From: Nitrososphaerota archaeon
GTDB lineage: Archaea; Thermoproteota; Nitrososphaeria; Nitrososphaerales; UBA57
NCBI GenBank assembly: GCA_002713205.1
Contig: PAVW01000017.1
Coordinates: 1-20,746 of the forward strand
Direction: 5' to 3'
Length of the DNA stretch: 20,746 bases
In this document: positions 14,655-20,746 of the stretch, in pieces
How positions within the stretch are numbered: the stretch's first letter is position 1
How the letters are laid out: each line of letters opens with the position of its first letter
Translations under genes and position numbers: made by a program
Notes under the pieces: generated by a model
Seen by the model: only the letters and a program-made list of their open reading frames with translations
Told to the model about the DNA's origin: nothing
Database searches by the model: none

Positions 14655-15827
14655 TTGCCCTCCCCCCTCTATTTTTTCCAGAATAGTTCTGGAAAAGACG
14701 TAACTCTAGCATTAGTACTGTCAGTACTGTTGATTGCAGCAGCACCCGTTGCTTTTGCAGCCGTAACACTCGCCGCTGGTCAGGATGAATTTAATCCTGG
14801 CGATCAGTTGACTGTTACAGGTACAGCAGCACCAGATGAGGACATAACGTTCAAAATAGCAAATCCAAATGGAGCACAAGTAGGAGTTGGACAAACTTCA
14901 GCTGATGCGAATGGAGCTTTCTCAGCAACATTGTTGAGATTCCCTTCAGCCGCAACTACTACGTTCCCATTCGGAAGTTATACTGTAACTGCCACAGGTT
15001 CTAGTGGAGATGACACAGAGATTACTGTGACATTTACCGAATCTGCAGCCGCAGCACCCGCTCCGGCACCTGCAGCACCTGCAGCAGTAGCAGCTAGCAC
15101 AGGGCTATCTGTATCAGTATCTGTCTCTGGAACATACAACTCTGGTGATTCAGTATCGATCTATGTAGTAACAACCGATGATGGCGTACTACGAGACGTA
15201 ACATTACAAATTGTACAAGTAAATGGACCAGGTGGTTCTGAAAATATACGAAGTACATGTAATCGCGTTTCAACTGGTCTAAATCGTTGTTCGTACACTG
15301 TTAGTGGAGGAGTAGGCACCTATGCCGTGCTTGTAAGCGCATCATCAAATAGTGGTTCAAACGCAGGCGTTGCGACGTTCCAAGTCGCGGATGAGATTGA
15401 AGTTAATATCCCACCCGCAGCACCAGGAGCCGCACCTGCTAATCTTGCACCACTTGAAAATGCAATTAACAATGTAGCACGAGATGTTGACGCACTTGAT
15501 GACCGACTTGGTAATGTACAAAACGCTGTTAATGGAATATCACTTCCTGCAGCAGGTGCAAACCTCGGTCAAATTAGTAGTGCATTGAATGCTGCAGCAG
15601 CAGACATTAAATCAGCAGTCTCAGGAGCTCAAGCAGCAGTATCGGATGACGTTGGCGCAGCAGAAGACAATATAGAAAATGCAGTTGATGGAATTGCAAG
15701 TAGCACAAAATCAGCAGCAGAGGGTTCTTCACAAGCCGCTTCAATGGCCATGATAGCCGCAGTTCTTGCAGCTATTTCAGTCATACTACAAATAGTCGTA
15801 ATAGTTAGAGGAAATATCCTTAAATAA
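14655..15827 (+). CDS. Secreted, C-terminally membrane-anchored coiled-coil protein; candidate S-layer stalk/anchor subunit (SlaB-like architecture)
   Basis: Signal peptide VTLALVLSVLLIAAAPVAFA. Two beta-rich domains (aa ~36-128 and ~149-246) separated by an Ala/Pro linker AAAAPAPAPAAPAAVAA. Clean 4-3 heptad spacing L267-I271-V274-V278-L281-L285-V288-V292-I295, with further Ala-rich heptads to aa ~360. C-terminal TM MAMIAAVLAAISVILQIVVIV followed by RGNILK. The only usable start is TTG at 14655, directly after an in-frame TAA. Confidence 0.7.
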   Translation: MPSPLYFFQNSSGKDVTLALVLSVLLIAAAPVAFAAVTLAAGQDEFNPGDQLTVTGTAAPDEDITFKIANPNGAQVGVGQTSADANGAFSATLLRFPSAATTTFPFGSYTVTATGSSGDDTEITVTFTESAAAAPAPAPAAPAAVAASTGLSVSVSVSGTYNSGDSVSIYVVTTDDGVLRDVTLQIVQVNGPGGSENIRSTCNRVSTGLNRCSYTVSGGVGTYAVLVSASSNSGSNAGVATFQVADEIEVNIPPAAPGAAPANLAPLENAINNVARDVDALDDRLGNVQNAVNGISLPAAGANLGQISSALNAAAADIKSAVSGAQAAVSDDVGAAEDNIENAVDGIASSTKSAAEGSSQAASMAMIAAVLAAISVILQIVVIVRGNILK

Positions 15828-15834
15828 CCAAGGT

Positions 15835-15872
15835 AGCGCGTTTAACGCGCTCCACCTTTTTTTTTTATTTTT
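15835..15872 (+). terminator. GC-rich hairpin followed by a T10-A-T5 tract, ending the envelope-gene operon
   Basis: Stem agcgcg (15835-15840) pairs with cgcgct (15846-15851) around loop tttaa. T10 follows at 15857-15866, then a, then ttttt. It begins 8 nt after the TAA at 15825-15827. Confidence 0.7.
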
Positions 15873-15972
15873 ATAATAGCATCTGCTATTGATAATTTTT
15901 TTTGTTTGAACATATATTCTTATATGACAACTTTCACAACTATCAACAATACTTGAGTGAGTGTAAATTTTC

Positions 15973-16746
15973 TTGAAAATAGTTGGGGCGATGCAAGTTG
16001 GAGGAAATTGTTCTTGGATACTGCCTAAAAGTCTCGATAATCTTGCATCAATTGTTGACGAAATTGTGGTAGTTGGTTCAGGAATAGTATCCCAAGAAAC
16101 CATTAAAATAGTTAACCAGAACTCCAATGTTATCGCTAAACATTTTCAGAATCAAGAAGAACCAAGAATCGAGTGGAACGACATGAATCTCTTATTAAAA
16201 ATGTCTCAACAGCGTAATGCAGATTGGATCTTGTTTATGGACGCAGACGAAACTTTTGAACCCCGTTTAAAAAATCAAATTCAACAATTGGTGAATACAT
16301 TAGATGTTGGAATGTACAAATTCAAAAAATTTTGGCTATGGAAAAGTAAAGAATATTATCGTACTGATCATCCTGAAAAATATTCAACAATAGCTTACAA
16401 TACATATCTAGTAAGATCTACATCTTCTTTACGATTTCCCAATCCTGCCGGATCATTTCTGAAAAGAGTAGTCAAACATCTTATTGGTAAAGAAAAATTA
16501 AAACCATATTTTGGTCGTGAACCTATTACTGGAATACTTGGGAAAGTAATTGAAACTGATATTGTAGTACTGCATCATGCAGCATTAAATTGGAACCAAT
16601 TTGTAAAAAGTCAAATGTGGTACGCCGCATTACTTACAAAAAGACAACCACGACGTCCAGAACTGGATATTATTGAACAACAGTTCAAAATTTTGGATGA
16701 ATCTACTCTTGAATTAAAACCTGTCAAAAAAGAATGGTTTGATTAG
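15973..16746 (+). CDS. GT-A fold glycosyltransferase (family-2-like, atypical nucleotide-binding motif)
   Basis: Beta-1 KIVGAMQV. IVVVGSGIVSQETIKIV sits in place of the usual VVDDGSTDxT. A DxD block is present (ILFMDADETF). The start is TTG at 15973, or ATG at 15991, which would remove beta-1. Confidence 0.55.
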   Translation: MKIVGAMQVGGNCSWILPKSLDNLASIVDEIVVVGSGIVSQETIKIVNQNSNVIAKHFQNQEEPRIEWNDMNLLLKMSQQRNADWILFMDADETFEPRLKNQIQQLVNTLDVGMYKFKKFWLWKSKEYYRTDHPEKYSTIAYNTYLVRSTSSLRFPNPAGSFLKRVVKHLIGKEKLKPYFGREPITGILGKVIETDIVVLHHAALNWNQFVKSQMWYAALLTKRQPRRPELDIIEQQFKILDESTLELKPVKKEWFD

Positions 16747-16754
16747 GATACAAA

Positions 16755-18248
16755 TTGAGTAAAGTAAGGATCGCTTATGCAGGAATGGTTGGTTATCTAT
16801 CATCACTCTTCAATCTCATTACTGGATTTTTATTTATCATAATAATCACACGTAATTTAACAATCCAAGAATTTGGATCTTGGCAAGTAATAGCATCTGT
16901 AATTGGTTACGCATTAATTCCTGCAATAATTCCAAGCTACTGGTCATTTCGTAACGTAGCTCGTGGACAAAGAATAGCCACAACAAGTTTCATTATAAAT
17001 GCAGTCTTATCGTTATTTGGAATAGCTATCTTTTTGTGTATACTGACATTTATTCTCCCTGATATATCACTGCCTATCCAAATAGTTTTACTTGCTACTT
17101 GTCAGGTTCCAATTGCATACATGTTTACTTCAGTTAAAACCACTGCTCATGGGAATAAGGTTGAAGCTATTGGTTATTCGTCATTTTTGATGGAAACAGT
17201 CAAAATACTAGTAGCGTATATATTGATTTCTCAAACTAACTTAGGACTCGCAGGAGCTTTTATCACTGTTTTAATTGCCACTTCGATTCAGATTCTATTT
17301 CTTGCAGTAATGGTGAAAAACCAATTTCTTAAAAAATTACATCGTGATAATATTAAAAAATGGTTCAAATCTGCTTGGGTTCCTCTCTTTACAGATATTT
17401 CAAATAAACTCCTAACTTTGGATGTTGTTTTAATAACTCTACTTACAAAAAGTACAGAAACTGTTGCATATTTTAAAAGTGCTTATGTCTTTGCTATAAT
17501 TCTTTTTAATACACAACAATTTGCTATTGCCTTACGTACTAAATTACTACAAGGCGGTAATAAAAATGATATAGAATCGACATTGAAATTAATTTTGTTT
17601 TTTACTATTCCATTAATTGCAGGCTGTATAACAATGGCAAAACCTCTTCTTTATATTCTTAATCCATTATATGTTCAGGCAGAAATCACTTTACAAATAC
17701 TTTCCGTCGGTATATTCTTTTACACTATTTCCCACGTTTTTAATTTGATTTTAACTGGGATAGATGATGTTGATAAATATGGAGAAACACGATTTAATGT
17801 TCTAAAAAATAGTTTTCTAGTAAAATTACCCACAATAGATGGCATATTTCGCTTCATTTACTTGATTCTGTTGTCCTCCTCAGTAATATTAATAACGCGA
17901 AATGAATTGAGCTATGATTTGACCATGATATGGGCTACCTTGTTTTTTATAACACATATTCCTCTTGTAATAATAAAATGGAATTTTATTCACGTCAATA
18001 CAGGAACGCGTTTTCCCTATAAGACTATAATGACGACTTGCTTTTCCTCTTTAATAATGTCATTTGTAGTGTTATCTCTAACACCTCGTATAAATTATAA
18101 TCCCAATATAATTGATTTTATATTTCCAGTCATTGGTATTATAGCATTGGGTGCTTTCTTATATTTTTCAATTCTCTTGATAATTGATCAAGATTTTAGA
18201 AAATTATCAATGGAATTCATAACAAAATACATTGTAAAAAATACTTGA
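16755..18248 (+). CDS. Polysaccharide/oligosaccharide flippase (Wzx-type, MOP superfamily)
   Basis: 497 aa and roughly 12-14 predicted TM helices. N-terminal ITRNLTIQEFGSWQV resembles the Polysacc_synt signature. Adjacent to glycosyltransferases. The start is TTG at 16755 or ATG at 16785. Confidence 0.6.
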   Translation: MSKVRIAYAGMVGYLSSLFNLITGFLFIIIITRNLTIQEFGSWQVIASVIGYALIPAIIPSYWSFRNVARGQRIATTSFIINAVLSLFGIAIFLCILTFILPDISLPIQIVLLATCQVPIAYMFTSVKTTAHGNKVEAIGYSSFLMETVKILVAYILISQTNLGLAGAFITVLIATSIQILFLAVMVKNQFLKKLHRDNIKKWFKSAWVPLFTDISNKLLTLDVVLITLLTKSTETVAYFKSAYVFAIILFNTQQFAIALRTKLLQGGNKNDIESTLKLILFFTIPLIAGCITMAKPLLYILNPLYVQAEITLQILSVGIFFYTISHVFNLILTGIDDVDKYGETRFNVLKNSFLVKLPTIDGIFRFIYLILLSSSVILITRNELSYDLTMIWATLFFITHIPLVIIKWNFIHVNTGTRFPYKTIMTTCFSSLIMSFVVLSLTPRINYNPNIIDFIFPVIGIIALGAFLYFSILLIIDQDFRKLSMEFITKYIVKNT

Positions 18249-18276
18249 TCTTATATGAAAATATTTTGGTAGTGCA

Positions 18277-19383
18277 CTAAATGAACCATGCGACAAGTAG
18301 AATTATACCACAAATTGCATAAATTATTGAAAAAATTAATAATGAATTATTTTTGAAAATTACTGTTGGCATTTTATATATGCTTGGGGCTAATGAAACT
18401 AGTCTGAAATATCCTGCAAAATAAGAATATGCAGGCTGAACAATTGCACTAAAGATTAATAGATATAGACTAAATTTATCTTCTCGATTTTTTATTAAAA
18501 CAATAATCGACATTACTACTGCAATGAATACACTCCAAGTTATTATCTCATTTACAATTAAATTATAACCAGTTATCATGGGTGTATCAACACCTCCAAA
18601 AAATCTATTCTGAAAGAAAGTATAAAATGGAATTCCTAACATACTATGTGCAATTCCTGAACCGATTCCTGACGTAAATCGTAGAAAATGCTCTAAACCA
18701 AATCTTGAAACCAAATAAAGTCCATGAATACTAATGGTTGCTAATGGAATCATAAAATATTTCATCCAATTATCTTTTTTTTCCATTATAAAGAAAGGAA
18801 ATGTAAACACTACAAAATCAGGTCTAGTTACACATGCAAGTGATAGAAACACACTACTCTTGCCAAATTTGTTTTCCCGAAAAAGTAGATATGATGTAAA
18901 AATGAGAAAAAAGAAAAGTGGTTCGTTCATTGCACCATGAGTCGAAATAAGCATTATTGGACTGAAGGCATAAAAAATTGTTGAAATTCCATATCCTTCA
19001 ACTTTTACTATTTTGTAAAAAATAGCCACACTTGCAGAAAAGAAAATTATATTAATTACTTCCATTGAAATTGCAGTTAAATTTGCATCTCCTTGCGCTA
19101 TGAAATATGTCAATACAGGATAAAGGAAGGTGGCATATCTAAAACCAGAGTCTACTGGAGGATCAGAAAATGGATCTAAAGCAATTTTATAATATGCAGC
19201 CCCATCTGTATTTGCATCTCTTGAAAAATCAAATACAGTCAATCCATATTGTAAACAAAACAAATAAAATAGCAGATTAAATAAAAATACTATTAAGAAA
19301 ATATTTCTCGCATGTAATTTCTTTTTCAATAATATTTGAACTTTTGACAGTTCCATTAGAATTATATATTTTATTTCTCGCAT
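18277..19383 (-). CDS. Polytopic membrane protein, possible GT-C fold glycosyltransferase (PIG-V/DUF2029-like mannosyltransferase resemblance)
   Basis: About 10 hydrophobic helices. The first loop DANTDGAAYYKIALDPF...FRYATFLYPVL resembles the D..Y..IA..GY...AFFPLYP pattern of PIG-V-type enzymes as I recall it. It lacks the WWDYG motif and is too short for AglB. Confidence 0.4.
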   Translation of the reverse strand: MREIKYIILMELSKVQILLKKKLHARNIFLIVFLFNLLFYLFCLQYGLTVFDFSRDANTDGAAYYKIALDPFSDPPVDSGFRYATFLYPVLTYFIAQGDANLTAISMEVINIIFFSASVAIFYKIVKVEGYGISTIFYAFSPIMLISTHGAMNEPLFFFLIFTSYLLFRENKFGKSSVFLSLACVTRPDFVVFTFPFFIMEKKDNWMKYFMIPLATISIHGLYLVSRFGLEHFLRFTSGIGSGIAHSMLGIPFYTFFQNRFFGGVDTPMITGYNLIVNEIITWSVFIAVVMSIIVLIKNREDKFSLYLLIFSAIVQPAYSYFAGYFRLVSLAPSIYKMPTVIFKNNSLLIFSIIYAICGIILLVAWFI

Positions 19384-19434
19384 ATTAAGTTTAATATTAA
19401 GAATCGATTTTCATTAAGAGAAGTGATACTTTTA

Positions 19435-20652
19435 TTAGTCTTTGTTTTTTATTATTTTTAATTCTGGCATTGGAATTATATAATTTATCTTTGAGTATTT
19501 TTCTTCTACTTTCTTTATTATCTCATCTGCATAATTCCATGCAAAAATCATCAAATAATCTGGTTTTCTTTTAAGTAATATATCAGGACTTGTTATTGGA
19601 ATATGACTTCCAGGAGTAAACAAACCCTGCTTTAAAGGCGAATCTTCAATTATTAGTTCAATATGTTTGTTGTTCAGGCCAATGGAATTAATTATAGTGC
19701 TAGATTTCGCAGGTGCTCCATATCCAAAAATAGTTTTATTTTCATTACAGATTTTATTAACCAAATTGTTAATTTCTTGTATATTTATTTCTAATTTTTG
19801 ACTGAATTCTTCCATAATTTGAAAATTGCCAATTTGGTCTGATCTTTCTTCTTGAAGCAAACTAAGTACATTCTGATTGGGTCTAGAATCCTTTGACACG
19901 TATACTCTGATTGAACCTCCATGTGTTGGTATTTTTTCTATATCAACTATATTCATTTTATGCATTTGAAAGAGATTCACAAGTGAATGTACAGTATAGT
20001 ACATTACATGTTCATGGTATATATTGTCAAAAGTAAGTTCCTTTAGCATATCTGCAAAGTATTGTACTTCAAATATGAATATCCCCTTTTCATTTAACAG
20101 TAATTTCACATTTTCGATAAACTCATGATAATTTTCCAAATGCGCAAATACGTTGGATGCTGTTATTATGTCTACATTGCCTGTTTTATTAATCATCTTG
20201 TTTACTGTTTTTCTATCGAAATAACTACATATTGTATCTAGTCCGTTCTTGTTTGCAATTGATGCTAGATTAGTAGCAGGTTCAATTCCTATTGCACTAA
20301 AGCCTATCTCTAGTAACGGTTTAAGTAATATTCCATCATTTGAACCTATATCTACCACTGATTCTGCATTTGGAAACGATTCTTTTAGTTTATGTGCGAA
20401 TTCATTAAAATGATTTCTAAGTCCTCCTGATATTGATGACGCATATGCATAATTCAAAAATAAATTGTCTCGTTCAACAAAACTCTGATCAGTTAATTGT
20501 ATTAATAGACATTTACTGCAAAAAGTTAGTTCAAGCGGATATATTCTTTCATTATTAAAATCTTCTCTCTTTAAGAAAGCGTTTGCAGGTGGTTGATTAT
20601 TTAAAGATAAAAAATCCCTTAACTCTTCACTCTTACACGATCTGCATTTCAT
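19435..20652 (-). CDS. SAM-dependent NDP-sugar C-methyltransferase (TylCIII-like: N-terminal Zn ribbon, class I MTase, C-terminal C-methyltransferase domain)
   Basis: MKCRSCKS...LTFCSKCLLIQL (4-Cys Zn site followed by the NAFL motif), SAM motif VVDIGSNDGILL, and a ~400-aa length typical of the family. Confidence 0.7.
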   Translation of the reverse strand: MKCRSCKSEELRDFLSLNNQPPANAFLKREDFNNERIYPLELTFCSKCLLIQLTDQSFVERDNLFLNYAYASSISGGLRNHFNEFAHKLKESFPNAESVVDIGSNDGILLKPLLEIGFSAIGIEPATNLASIANKNGLDTICSYFDRKTVNKMINKTGNVDIITASNVFAHLENYHEFIENVKLLLNEKGIFIFEVQYFADMLKELTFDNIYHEHVMYYTVHSLVNLFQMHKMNIVDIEKIPTHGGSIRVYVSKDSRPNQNVLSLLQEERSDQIGNFQIMEEFSQKLEINIQEINNLVNKICNENKTIFGYGAPAKSSTIINSIGLNNKHIELIIEDSPLKQGLFTPGSHIPITSPDILLKRKPDYLMIFAWNYADEIIKKVEEKYSKINYIIPMPELKIIKNKD

Positions 20653-20746
20653 GATTCAGGTACCTTGATTACGGGCTTTTTGTCTTTTACAATCAATACA
20701 TCAGCTCCGTTTGGCACTTGAATTTTCTCACTTAATATTTTTACTA
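20649..20746 (-). CDS. 3' end of an upstream minus-strand gene (5' part outside the window), function unknown
   Basis: Hand translation of the minus strand gives an open frame ...VKILSEKIQVPNGADVLIVKDKKPVIKVPES*. Its TGA (20649-20651) overlaps the methyltransferase ATG (20650-20652) as ATGA. Confidence 0.4.
   Translation of the reverse strand, partial: VKILSEKIQVPNGADVLIVKDKKPVIKVPES

Noticed and set aside
14662-14667. The C6 homopolymer at the 5' end of the anchor gene as a phase-variation switch.
   Set aside because: Six residues is below the length at which slipped-strand phase variation is usually seen, and I have no population data. It is mentioned only as a compositional oddity.
10459-15827. 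Simple horizontal-transfer island as the explanation for the high-G+C block.
   Set aside because: This is not fully excluded, but it is downgraded. The compositional boundaries coincide with the start and stop codons rather than with a larger block. The flanking glycosylation genes and spacers have host-like AT content. No integrase, tRNA or direct-repeat boundaries are visible.
15786-16127. A 113-aa minus-strand ORF spanning the operon terminator and the start of the GT-A gene.
   Set aside because: It overlaps the 3' end of the anchor gene, the hairpin/T10 terminator, the AT-rich promoter region and the 5' end of the GT-A gene. Its translation has no recognisable features. It is most likely spurious.
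18277-19383. The polytopic membrane protein as the oligosaccharyltransferase AglB or an O-antigen-type polymerase.
   Set aside because: It is too short for AglB and lacks a WWDYG-type motif and a large soluble C-terminal domain. Polymerase versus GT-C cannot be resolved by eye, so only a low-confidence GT-C-like call is made.

Overview
This is an AT-rich archaeal chromosomal segment. S27ae occurs only in archaea and eukaryotes. Gene content and composition look to me like a marine ammonia-oxidising thaumarchaeon (Nitrosopumilus-like), but I cannot verify that without a search.

The left ~8.8 kb is housekeeping:
- the tail of a repeat-bearing gene, then rps27ae
- a tightly packed minus-strand trio: Lrp/AsnC regulator, HExxH metallopeptidase-like protein, nucleotidyltransferase
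- all five enzymes from aspartate to threonine, arranged as a divergent pair of operons (hom-lysC-asd on minus, thrB-thrC on plus)
- a hotdog-fold thioesterase

The right ~12 kb is a cell-envelope locus:
- a GT2 glycosyltransferase and an 811-bp AT-rich intergenic region carrying a helically phased decamer array
- a 1393-aa secreted, acidic, sequon-rich multi-domain protein (S-layer-type) with no membrane anchor
- immediately downstream and translationally coupled, a 390-aa protein with a signal peptide, two beta-rich domains, a heptad coiled coil and a C-terminal TM anchor
- a hairpin plus T10 terminator
- glycan-assembly genes: a GT-A enzyme, a Wzx-type flippase, a GT-C-like membrane protein, a TylCIII-type sugar C-methyltransferase and a partial upstream gene

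The most interesting hypothesis is that the two envelope genes form a SlaA/SlaB-like lattice-plus-stalk S-layer module. The lattice protein would be built from eight repeats, each carrying acidic DxDxN and ETGxxTGxF motifs. A second candidate is the regulator-protease-NTase trio.

All functional calls rest on motifs I recognised by eye. No database search was run.
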